Shown here: positions 11,128-23,214 of the stretch, in pieces
Layout: each line of letters starts with the position of its first letter
Position numbering within the stretch: position 1 is the first letter of the stretch
Made by a program: the position numbers and the translations under genes
The notes under the pieces: model-generated
Databases searched by the model: none
What the model saw: only the letters and a program-made list of their open reading frames with translations
What the model was told of the DNA's origin: nothing
Origin: Euglena gracilis
Lineage: Eukaryota
Length of the DNA: 64,000 nt
NCBI GenBank assembly: GCA_039621445.1
Contig: CP154954.1
Location: forward strand, 16,076,140 to 16,140,139
Reading direction: 5' to 3'

Positions 11128-13062
11128 CTCCAGGTTCAGGTCGGATTGCCTGGCACTCAACACCACCCCCTCCCCCCCAAACCCGGGTCAAGCACCTCCC
11201 TGCCCTACGGTGTGGAGCCTGCCCTGCGCAGCCAAACCCAGGCTTCAGTGGCCTGGTTAGGATTAACTGGCGCGGGGTTCCTGCCTAGCGGACACTTCGC
11301 AGCCCTCTCGCCTGCAGTCACCACACACACAGTCGCACCGTTTGGCCCCTTGGCCAATTTTGACTCGGTCAACTCACACCACAGGCAGAGAGAGAAGATG
11401 CCAGGGTTGCTTCGCTGGATTGCAAAATGCTGTTTCCTGGTCCGAAATTCCCCCCCTTGTGTGAATGGCACCCGCGGTGGTTTCAATACTTTTGCTGCAC
11501 CAACTGTCCCCTTGTGGACTGGAGAGTCACAGGGGTGAGGCTGGACGGGGAAAGGAATGACGTTTTGTTGTCTGCTTTAATTCTTCAGATATGAAATATT
11601 TGATTCTGGACGATGTATTGTAATGAATGGACGATGCATTCTCTGATGAAACTCTGAACAATGTATTTTGAAAAGTGGTGTCACCATTATTTCGGCGAAA
11701 ATCAAAATTCTTTTCCAGATGTTCACCCAAAGAAACATCAGCCACCCGTTCTGAAGTCTTTCCCCAACTCTTCAGCAATTTTGAAAAAGGTTTTGCTAAT
11801 ACTTGTGATGTTCAATTTCTACGTTCGTGCGCTGTTCTTTTTTTTGCCTCCATACAGGCGGACCAGCATGCAACCTACAGTTGGCATGCCGGGGTGGGCA
11901 GGACCACCACTGAACACTGCTCAAGCAGAAGCATTGCTCGCTTCAATCAGAAACGATTCCTCCGAATGTCCTCAGGATTAAGTCACCAGTTTTTTTGGAG
12001 GAGGCTAATTCTTTTTCGCACCGACCTACCCCCATGCTTTTTTAAGTTTTCTGGTGATGTGATTTATTTGTAATTGGAAAAGTAATTTTTCCTTCTTGGT
12101 GATGATGTGAAACGAAGAGAATCGTTTTTCAACGGCGTAATAGCACAGGGATCCTTCCACTTCCTGAAAAGGAAATTAATTGAAATTCATGGAGGATCAC
12201 GGAAAAAGGCGGGAGACCATTTTTACAGCAATCGCAAAAATTCACGGATATTCACGGATGAGGCAGAGGGATATGATTTGATATGGAATATGATTTTTGA
12301 CTTTTTAAAAAAAAATAAAAAAAGGAAATTCACGGAAAATCACTGAAAATCACGGATACATTTTGGCCTCGGCCAGCACGGAAACAGGAGAAACCCTGAA
12401 AGGCAATGCACAGGCACCGGGGTGGCAAATTGCAAATTTTGCATATGAATATGAGACAAGCCAACCCTGTGCTGCCACTGTGCCAACCCATGTGGTTCTG
12501 TCTCTCTTGCCCCCCCCCAGTATTGGCTTTTTTTTTGACCCATTAGCGCCCCGCCCTGTGCCACGCGTGGCCTGTCCACCGTGCCAGGACAGCCCGTCTT
12601 GCTGAGAACCCCAGCCACTCCTCGAATCCGCAGGGGAAATTTCCCTTTCCGGGGATTCTGGGCAGCAATGTTGGCTCCCTTCTGCGATTACTTGCCATTG
12701 GCCTCTCCCCAGCCGATGGACAGTGTGGGCCACACTTGTTATTTCACACCAATGTGAATCAGGGCACCACTATGTCGACACGGTAGTCAGGCCACCGCAG
12801 CAAAGTCAGGCATTTAGTATCGGTAGTAGTAGGGCCTTGACATACCTTGGGTTTGTGTCCGTCGCAAATTGAAGGGGGGGTATGCCTCTTCAGAATTGTG
12901 CAAAATCAGCAGGTCAGTTTTTTTTGGGAGGAAAGGAGAAGGTGGATCGGTCGTCCACGCCACCAGGCAGGTGCTGATAGTGTCCGTGGAAAAATTAATG
13001 TGAGGTTGTTTCTGGGGACCTCCGCAACTCCTCGGGGACATTGACCCCCCAATGAATTGTCA

Positions 13063-16000
13063 GAATCCTTTGGACTTTGGGTCATTTTCCGGTCAAAAAA
13101 GTCAAAAAAAATCGAATTTTTTTTACCCAAAACCACGTGTTTTTGCCTCCCAGACCCAGGAAAGGGTGTTTTTGACCCGAAAATGAGTGTTTTTCAACCC
13201 CGTCCCCGGCCTGGGTTGGGCCGCCGAGCCGCCGGCCGGGCCGGGCCGGGCCGGGCCGGGCCGGGCCAGGGTGGTCTCCCAAAGAGCTCAGCTCTACGTC
13301 ACACCCTGGCCGCTGAGCTCTTATCTCTTTAGAGTAAGAGCGAAGCTTACCACCGGGGCCGGAGGGGGGGGGCCCGACCCCCCCCCCCCCCCCCCCCGCC
13401 CCGCGCCCCCCCCCTCCCTGGGTAGGCAAGACCCCCGAGGATTATCGATGTGATTGGATTTCCTGGCCCCCAAAGTGAATAGCCAATAGGTTAGGGGACG
13501 ATCCCTAGTTTCTCCAGAGCCCTTGGGTTACCCCAACTCCACGCCAGTCCGGAGATATGCCCGAGCAAAAAAGTTGTCTACCGTCTTTTTTTTTTGTGGT
13601 TATTGCAGGGTCATTTTTGGGTCAAAAACAGTTTTTCCGGGTCTGGGAGGCAAAAACACGTGGTTTTGGGCAAAAAAGGTTTTTTCGATTTTTCCCAACT
13701 TTTTTTTGGCCCAGTTTTGACCCAAAGTCAACTTTTTGACCCAAAAATGGCTAAATGCACCACCGGCCAGCGGGGTGGGCCCCAGCCCGGGGGGGGGTGG
13801 GGGGGGGGGGGGGCATGGGGGGGGGCAGTCCGGGTCGGAATTTTTTTTTGCTCAAACACACTTTTTTTGATGTTGTGAAGTGAAAAAAAGTGTTTTTGAG
13901 CAAAAAAATTTTTTTAAAATTTTGGGTCCCGACCTGCCTCCTGACCTCCCAAGCCCATCCGCCCTCGGACCCCCCGCAGGGGTCCCCGAATACCCAAAAA
14001 TGGCCCAAAATCGCACAACCAGACCCCGGGAACCTCAAAAAACGGTTAAACCCCCCCCCCTAAACCTCAGGATTGACCCCCTGGTTTGGGTCCCAACTCC
14101 TCGTCCAGTCCGAGATATAGCCAATTTACGGTTTCGGGCCCCGAACGGGCCCGAAATGGCCAAAACTGGCAAAACTGGCCCAAAACCACAAAACGGGCGT
14201 AACTCGGGCTAGGCGAGGAGTTGGCCCAAACCGTGCATACCGATCGAACGGGCGTCCCAAAGTTGTGGAATGAGTTCCTCTTTATTTTATCTCAACTCCG
14301 CGTCTTCGAGATATTTTGAATTTTTCGATTTTTTTGACCCCAAAATGACCCTGAAATTTTCCTTTTTTGACATGAAAATGATCCAACGTCCATTGGTTTC
14401 GGGCCCAAAACGGAGGCCGGGGGTCCAAAAACGCTCATTTTCGGCTCGAAAACACTTTTTTCGGGTCCAGGAGGTCAAAAAACATGGTTTTGGGCTTTCG
14501 AATTTTTTCGACTTTTTGACCCAAAAATGGCTACGTCCACCGGCCGGGGGGGGGGGGGCCCGCCGGGGGGGGGGGTCCGCGTCAGTTTAATTTTTTTGGC
14601 TCCAAAACACTTTTTTTGATGTTCTAAAGTGAAAAAAAGTGTTTTTGAGCGAAAAAAAAAATTTCAAATTTTTGGGTCCCGACCTGCCTCCCGACCCCCC
14701 CCCGCCCAGCCGCCCTCCAACCCCCCCCCCCGCGCAGGAGTCCCCGGTTACCCAAACATGGCCCAAAAAAGCACAACCAGACCCCGGGAACCTCAAAAAA
14801 CGGTCAACCCCCCCCCCCCAAACCTCATGATTGACCCCCTGGTTTGGGTCCCAACTCCTCGTCTAGCCCGAGATACGGCCAATTTACGGTTTCGGGCCTG
14901 GAACAGGCCCGAAATGGCCAAAACTGGCAAAACTGGCCCAAAACCACAAACGACCGTATCTCGGGCTAGGCGAGGAGTTGGCCCAAACCGCGCATACCGA
15001 TCGATCGGGCGTTGTGGAAGGCGGTCCTCTTTACTTTTTTTCAACTCCGCAGCGTTTTCGAGACATTTTGAATTTTTCGATTTTTTGACCCCAAAATGAC
15101 CTGCAATCCCCACTTAGCCGTTTTCGGCCAAAAAAAGTCGAAAAAAATTGAAAAATTTTTTTCGCCCAAAACCATGTTTTTTTGGCCTCCCGGACCCGGA
15201 AAAACTGTTTTTGAGCCAAAAAATGAGCTTTTTTTGACCCGCCAGCCCCGGTTTGGGCCCAAATCTTAAGGACTTTGGGTCAAAACCGGGTCAAAAAGGT
15301 CGAAAAAAATCAAAAAAAATTTTGCCCGAAATGATGTTTTTTGGCCTCCCGGACCCAGAAAAAGTGTTTTGAGCCGAAAATGAGCGCCACTCGACCCGCC
15401 AGCACCCCGTTTTTGGCCCGAATCCTTTGGACTTTGGGTCATTTTCCGGTCAAAAAAGTCAAAAAAAATCGAAATTTTTTTTACCCAAAACCACGTGTTT
15501 TTGCCTCCCAGACCCAGGAAAGGGTGTTTTTGACCCGAAAATGAGTGTTTTTCAACCCCGTATCCCTGGGTTGGGCCGCCGAGCCGCCGGCCGGGCCGGG
15601 CCGGGCCGGGCCGGGCCAGGGTGGTCTCCCAAAGAGCTCAGCTCTACGTCACACCCTGGCCGCTGAGCTCTTATCTCTTTAGAGTAAGAGCGAAGCTTAC
15701 CACCGGGGCCGGAGGGGGGGGGGGGGTCCGCCCCCCCCCTCCCTGGGTAGGCAAGGACCCCCGAGGATTATCGATGTGATTGGATTTCCTGGCCCCCAAA
15801 GTGAATAGCCAATAGGTTAGGGGACGATCCCTAGTTTCTCCAGAGCCCTTGGGTTACCCCAACTCCACGCCAGTCCGGAGATATGCCCGAGCAAAAAAGT
15901 TGTCTACCGTCTTTTTTTTCTGGGGAAATTGCAGGGTCATTTTTGGGTCAAAAACAGTTTTTCCGGGTCTGGGAGGCAAAAACACGTGGTTTTGGGCAAA

Positions 16001-18128
16001 AAAGGTTTTTTCGATTTTTCCCAACTTTTTTTGGCCCAGTTTTGACCCAAAGTCAATGGGTTGGCGGCCCAAAACGGGGCGCTGGAGGGTCGAAAAACAC
16101 TCATTTTTGGCTCGAAAACACTTTTTTCGGATCCGAGAGGTCAGAAAACATGGTTTTGGGCAATTTTTTTTCGAATTTTTCCGACTTTTTGACCCAAAAA
16201 TGGCTTAATGCACCACCGGCCAGCGGGGCGGGCCCCAGCCAGGGGGGGGGGGGCATGTGGGGGGCAGTCCGAGTCGGAATTTTTTTTTGCTCAAACACAC
16301 TTTTTTTGATGTTGTGAAGTGAAGTTTTAGGTCCCGACCTGCCTCCCGACCTCCCAAGCCCATCCGCCCTCGGACCCCCCGCAGGGGTCCCCGAATACCC
16401 AAAAATGGCCCAAAATCGCACAACCAGACCCCGGGAACCTCAAAAAACGGTTAAACCCCCCCCCCTAAACCTGAGGATTGACCCCCTGGTTTGGGTCCCA
16501 ACTCCTCGTCCAGTCCGAGATATAGCCAATTTACGGTTTCGGGCCCCGAACGGGCCCGAAATGGCCAAAACTGGCAAAACTGGCCCAAAACCACAAAACG
16601 GGCGTAACTCGGGCTAGGCGAGGAGTTGGCCCAAACCGTGCATACCGATCGAACGGGCGTCCCAAAGTTGTGGAATGAGTTCCTCTTTATTTTATCTCAA
16701 CTCCGCGTCTTCGAGATATTTTGAATTTTTCGATTTTTTTGACCCCAAAATGACCCTGAAATTTTCCTTTTTTGACATGAAAATGATCCAACGTCCATTG
16801 GTTTCGGGCCCAAAACGGAGGCCGGGGGTCCAAAAACGCTCATTTTCGGCTCGAAAACACTTTTTTCGGGTCCAGGAGGTCAAAAAACATGGTTTTGGGC
16901 AAATTTTTTTTTCGAATTTTTTCGAATTTTTTCGACTTTTTGACCCAAAAATGGCTACGTCCACCGGCCGGGGGGGGGGGGGGCGCAGCCGGGGGGGGGG
17001 CCCGGGCGGGTTTAAATTTTTTGGCTCGAAAACACTTTTTTTGATGTTTTAAAGTGAAAAAAAGTGTTTTTGAGGGAAAAATTTTTTTCAAAATTTTGGG
17101 TTCCAACCTGCCTGCCAACCCGCCCTCGCCCAGCCGCCCTCCAACCTCCCGCAGGGGTCCCCGGGTACCCAAAACTGGCCCAAAATCGCACAACCAGACC
17201 CCGGGAACCTCAAAAAACGGTCAACCCCCCCCCAAACCTCATGATTGACCCCTGGTTTGGGTCCCAACTCCTCGTCTAGCCCGAGATACGGCCAATTTAC
17301 GGTTTCGGGCCTGGAACAGGCCCGAAATGGCCAAAACTGGCAAAACTGGCCCAAAACCACAAAACGACCGTATCTCGGGCTAGGCGAGGAGTTGGCCCAA
17401 ACCGCGCATACCGATCGATCGGGCGTTGTGGAAGGCGGTCCTCTTTACTTTTTTTCAACTCCGCAGCGTTTTCGAGACATTTTGAATTTTTCGATTTTTT
17501 GACCCTAAAATGACCTGCAATCCCCACTTAGCCGTTTTCGGCCAAAAAAAGTCGAAAAAAATTGAAAAAAATTTTTCGCCCAAAACCATGTTTTTTTGGC
17601 CTCCCGGACCCGGAAAAACTGTTTTTGAGCCAAAAAATGAGCTTTTTTTGACCCGCCAGCCCCGGTTTGGGCCCAAATCTTAAGGACTTTGGGTCAAAAC
17701 CGGGTCAAAAAGGTCGAAAAAAATCAAAAATTAATTTGCCCTAAATGATGTTTTTTGGCCTCCCGGACCCAGAAAAAGTGTTTTTGAGCCGAAAATGAGC
17801 GCCACTCGACCCGCCAGCACCCCGTTTTTGGCCCGAATCCTTTGGACTTTGGGTCATTTTCCGGTCAAAAAAGTCAAAAAAAATCGAAATTTTTTTTTAC
17901 CCAAAACCACGTGTTTTTGCCTCCCAGACCCAGGAAAGGGTGTTTTTGACCCGAAAATGAGTGTTTTTCAACCCCGTATCCCTGGGTTGGGCCGCCGAGC
18001 CGCCGGCCGTGCCGGGCCAGGGTGGTCTCCCAAAGAGCTCAGCTCTACGTCACACCCTGGCCGCTGAGCTCTTATCTCTTTAGAGTAAGAGCGAAGCTTG
18101 CCACCGGGGCCGGAGGGGGGGGGGTCCG

Positions 18129-18161
<33 letters not shown>

Positions 18162-19107
18162 CCCCCCCCCTCCCTGGGTAGGCAACGACCCCCGAGGATT
18201 ATCGATGTGATTGGATTTCCTGGCCCCCAAATTGAATAGCCAATAGGTTAGGGGACGATCCCTAGTTTCACCAGAGCCCTTGGGTTACCCCAACTCCACG
18301 CCAGTCCGGAGATATGCCCGAGCAAAAAAGTTGTCTACCGTCTTTTTTTTCCGGGGAAATTGCAGGGTCATTTTTGTGTCACAAATCGAAAAATTCAAAA
18401 TACTTCAAAAACGCTGCGGAGTTGAGAAAAAGTAAAGAGGACGTCATTCCTTAAATTTGGGACGCCCTATCCACCGGTATTTGCGGTTTGGGCCAACTCC
18501 TCGCCTAGCCCGAGATACGGCTGTTTTATGGTTTTGCCAGTTTTGGCCATTTCGGGCCTCTTTGGGGCCCGAAACCATAAATTGGCCATCTTGGACTAGA
18601 CAAGGAATTGGGACCCAAACCAGGGGGTCAATCATGAGGTTTAGGGGGGGGGGGGGTTGACCGGTGGACTTGGCCATTTTGGGTCAAAAAGTTGGAAAAA
18701 TTCGAAAAAATCTTTTTTGTTCAAAACCATGTTTTTTGACCTCCCGGACCCAGAAAAACTGTTTTTGGGCCGAAAACGAGCTCAAAAACAACCCCCGTCC
18801 CCAGCCCGGGCTGGGCCGCCGAGGCGTTGGCCAGGTTGGGCGGGGCATCGACGGGCCACAGGGCCGCAGCCGGGCCAGGCCGGGCCGGGCCGGGCCGGGC
18901 CGGGCTGGGACGCCGGGGTAGTCTCCCAAAGTGCTCAGCTCTACGTCACACCCTGGTCGCTGAGCTCTTATCTCTTTAGAGTAAGAGCGAAGCTTAGCAC
19001 CAGGGAAAAGGGGGTCCACCCCCCCCCCGCCCCCACAAAAAGGGGGGGTCCAAACCCCCCCCCCCCCCCAAACCCCAACACCCCCCCCCCTCCCCCGCGG
19101 GGGCCCC

Positions 19108-19162
<55 letters not shown>

Positions 19163-19560
19163 ATGGGGTATATTAGACCGTGATAATTTTGGCCCGAAAC
19201 CATGTTTTTTGACCTCCCGGACCCAGAAAAACTGTTTTTGGGCCGAAAATGAGCGTTTTTCGACCCGCCAGCACCCCGTTTTGGGCCGCCAACCCATTGA
19301 TTTTTGGTCATTTTCGGGTCAAAAAAGTCGAAAAAAATCGAAAATTTTTTTGCTCGAAGCGATGTTTTTTTGGCCTCCCGCACCCAGAAAAACTGTTTTT
19401 GGGCCGAAAATGAGCGTTTTTTCGACCCGCCAGCGCCCCGTCATGGGCCGTCAACCCACTGTTGGTCATTTTCGGGTCAAAAAACACGAAAAAAATCGAA
19501 ATTTTTTTTCGCTCAAAGCGCTGTTTTTTTTTCTTCCTAGACCCGGAAAAGTTTTATTTT
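13063..19560. repeat. Tandem array of ~2.4 kb units, Helentron/DINE-like layout
   Basis: Unit anchor gaatcctttggactttgggtc at 13063, 15420 and 17835 (periods 2357 and 2415). Conserved hairpin core at 13281, 15631, 18032 and 18928, next to (GCCGG)n; internal ~750 bp subrepeats. The family assignment is inference. Confidence 0.85.
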
Positions 19561-22500
19561 GAGACAAACATTAGTGGGTTTCCACCCCCCGGCGCACTGT
19601 TTCGGGCAATTTGCAAGCCTGTGCATTTCAGTCAACAGAGCTCCATGGAGTGGGCCGGTTTATATGGGGGTGTCAATGAAGGGGTGGGTGAGCGCTTATT
19701 AAGAGCTCAGCACTATTCAAAACCTGGTTTATCCGCAGACCTGTAACCTATATGTTTTTCAGATTTTTCACATTCTTGTCGAAAAATCACACTTCCCGAG
19801 TCGAAAAAAATTGCTTGAATTTCTGTGGCTGCTGATCGCAAATGTGTGGAAAAACCACATTTTCGGATTTTTGTGTTGGCTACCCGGACTCCCCGGGAGA
19901 ATGTGGCTTCTAGCACTGCACCGCTGACCTATCTTTATAGGGACCTGTCACCTCCCTCCATACTCACTGATTTGACAGGTGACAATTTCCCGAAAATTGA
20001 TATTTGCCGGGCACACTGTAGATTTATTGAATATGTTAAGAATTTTCATCTGTACACAAGGATTTTATACAAGGATATACAAGAAACAAATTGGGAGTTA
20101 CTGAAGGAGCCCAATTGCCTGAGAGCATTGGACATTCACAGGTTGCCCCACTCTCCTCGTTTGTTTCAGGGTCTGCTCTTGCTTTTGGATTGTCCCATCC
20201 CTGATTGCCAGCAGAAGTCGGCAACCGCTGCTACAGGATGGTTGCTGCCATGGAGTGTTATCCTTCCGCTGAGCCATGTCGCACCCACAATCTTTATATT
20301 GGGTGAATCTAGGGCAGCTCTCAACACGTGCAATACATTTTAGTGATGGTGAGGGCGCCAACTTCCCATTATAGCCCTGATCTATGAAGCTCCCCAGCTC
20401 TGTGAGGGGACTCTGAAGATTTTTTGTAGTAGCAGAATCTCAATTAGCTTTTTTTTGTAGTGTTTATGAGATGAATGAATGAATGAATGAATGAATGAAT
20501 GCTGTTTTGACCAGTTTCTAACCGAAAAAAAATATCACGGATTTTCCCATCTCTGCCTGTGGGGTTTGGTTTGGAGCTAGGGTTGTGCTAGGGTTGGACG
20601 TTCAGGATTGAGGGATTTTGTCGGCTTATAATATTGGGCTTATAATATTGTCGGCTTATAATGGGCCCTGGGGCATCATTTCTCAGCCTTTTTCCTGTTC
20701 TCCGAGTGTTAACGACCCAAGGCATCGTTTTTGAGCTTGGTAAATGGTTGGGGAGCGATGGCAAAGGTTGGCTGTTTCGAAGGGAAAATGGGCCCCGCGC
20801 CCGCCAATGCTTTTCAGGGTCGCTCATTTGTGTGACCGAACCTGAAAGAAACCAGCAGCATCGACCTCCCACACCTCCCCTCCTCGATCGAAAGTTTGTG
20901 ATTTTTGCCCGCAGTATCGAAAATTCCACAGAAAAGATTTATCAAACGGGAGGAATGTTCGTGTGCGTGTGTGTGTACTCTTTTTTGGCTTGTAATGGGG
21001 CATCATCCCTCAGCCTTTTTGGGGGCGGGTTTGTTGTTATTTTGTTTTTGGCTCGAAGTGCTAACATTTTCAAGCTCAAAGTGAGAGATGACGTGAAGTG
21101 GTGCACCCACAGTCCCCCCCCCCTCCACCCCCCCACACCCCACATCCCCCCCCTGCTGCCACCCCACACATACCGCTTCCTTGCCACCCCCCCCTGTCAC
21201 CTCACACTTGGACCTCATTGAATGCCAAGTTTTTGGCATGCAATTCACTTTTTGTGGGCACCTTTTTTGGCGTCATTTTTTGACACCAGCCTCCTGGGGG
21301 AGGGGATGCCCCCCCCCCAGAACAAAAATGGCATCACTACTCTGTGCAAGGTGAGGCTCAAATGTCTTTTTGCGTTCCATTTTTTTGAGATCTTCCTGTT
21401 CATTTCCATGTGTCTTGCCATGCTCTGGCAAATTGGTTACCTGAGCCTCCGCGGAGCCTCTGAGCAGCCGCCGTGGAGGCTGGTTGTTTGGAGCTTTCGC
21501 GGAGCCTTCGCTGAGCCTTTGTGGAGATTGGTTACCCAGATACTCTGCGGAGCCTCCACGCGGGCTACGCAGAGGCAAACAAAAAAAAATGCAGGATTCA
21601 GATTTTGTTGTCGAGCCATCGCTTACTCGAACTGTCTAACCCTAACCAAAACACTTATTGCAACCTTAGAATCACAATTGCGCAAACGGTGCCTGTGAAG
21701 ACTTGTAAAGACAATTGCACAAACCAATTGATACCACAAAGCTTGCACATCTGCAATTCTGCTAACAATCCACTGAAAATTATTGTTTTTCACGGCATAT
21801 GGCATGAGAAAGAAGGAACAAAGTCCTGAGTGTACTGATTGGAAACGTCCACGCTTTGCCATCCAGCGGGGACACAGCGATGTTGGTGATGCTGCACGAA
21901 GTCCGCCAGGACTGAATGCACTGGGCGCCTGGCCACCAGCGGGACGCAGCACAGCACCCTCTCCACGGAAGGGCACTTTTGGTACTCCGGGATGGTCACC
22001 AGGGTCGTCCGATGGCCACGATGGCTATGGCGGTGCAGTCCTGGGTGCGGACAGGTTCGAAAGGGGTGGAGCGCATCTGGTCAGTCCAGAAGTTGTCGTA
22101 CCACAGCACGCAGACTTTCCCCGCCATCTGCTGCCTGCCCGACACCCCTCCGCTCTCTCCTCGTGACCACTGATTCCAGTCAGGCCCAGTCAGGTGGATG
22201 CCGCCGGGACTCAGGTGTCTGCTGAATGACTCCTTCATCTGCATTGGACGTCCTCAGGGGCCACGATGGGCTGTTGCGCCATAGGGCAGTCGCGGTGGCG
22301 CACTGTACGATACAGGACCTAGGCATCCCGCAGCAGCAACTCTGTCCAGTGGAGTCGCAGCTGCCATCACAACTCCACCAGCAGGTACTCCAAGCAGGCG
22401 CCGTCGGTAATCAGCAGGACCCAGGTGTGGGCATCTGGATGATTAAGTTCAGTAGGGGTCATCTGGGCATTGGCCACGAACACCTCATAGCCCTCCATGA

Positions 22501-22986
22501 AGTGGTCCTGGACGAATCTGCCCAGGATCTTCCCCATTTTGGCAGAGGCAGGCGTAGTCCGCATACCGCGACGGTGGGACCAGCTGCGTTGCGACATCAT
22601 CACAGAATTTGCAGTGCCCAAACAGAAAAAAGTTCATTGTGTTAGTTTAACAATTGTACATTCTTCTTGGAATGTTTGTGTTATGTTGTTTTGCGCAATC
22701 GCGCAAAGGAACTTGGATTTTATGGCATCAGAGAACTTTTGCCGGCACAAAGGAATAAGAGCGTTCGACTTGGCACCATCTCAGCTTAATTTGCATAACG
22801 GGACAATTGCTCAGGATGCGTAGAAATGATTTTAACAACAGAAGCTCGAGCATTTTCTGTTGACAGAACAGTGGTGGAGTACACGTGTCAGGTTTCAAAG
22901 GGTGCTGGATGGTTTGCTGTCAAAATTGGACGTGGCACCAAGTCAGTCGTGCAGCATTTCCGCAGTGGTTCAGTTGCAAATGAATA

Positions 22987-23214
22987 ACCCCCCCCCCTCA
23001 TTTATAACCCCCCCGGGGGTTATAGGATCCTGTTTAGTGGTTGGCCCCGAGGGGGGGGGTATAAGTGGGGGGGGTTTCAGCCTTGGCCGTTCTCTTTGCC
23101 TTTCCAGGGGGGGGGGGGTTATAAGTCACGGTTTAGTGGTTGGGCCCGAGGGGGGGGGTTATAAGTAGGGGGGGGGTTATAGGATTGGGGGGGTTATAAG
23201 TGGGGGGTCGGGTT
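22987..23214. mobile_element. TA-TSD MITE with gggttataag subterminal repeats, copy 2 only
   Basis: tgaaTA-acccc...gggtt-TAgtcagtc. The empty site tgaaTAgtcagtc is at ~8679-8691 in copy 1. Confidence 0.85.

Larger units (their letters stand above)
3471..13058 (+). repeat. Large direct duplication, copy 1 (~9.6 kb)
   Basis: Colinear with 19735-27527 from gcagacctgta... to ...cccc(a)aatgaatt. The copies differ by substitutions, copy-specific insertions and one inversion. Confidence 0.95.

Noticed and set aside
13063-19560. CRISPR-like or rDNA-spacer reading of the repeated hairpin core
   Set aside because: The intervening DNA is itself repeated and kb-long; no cas or rRNA sequence is present.
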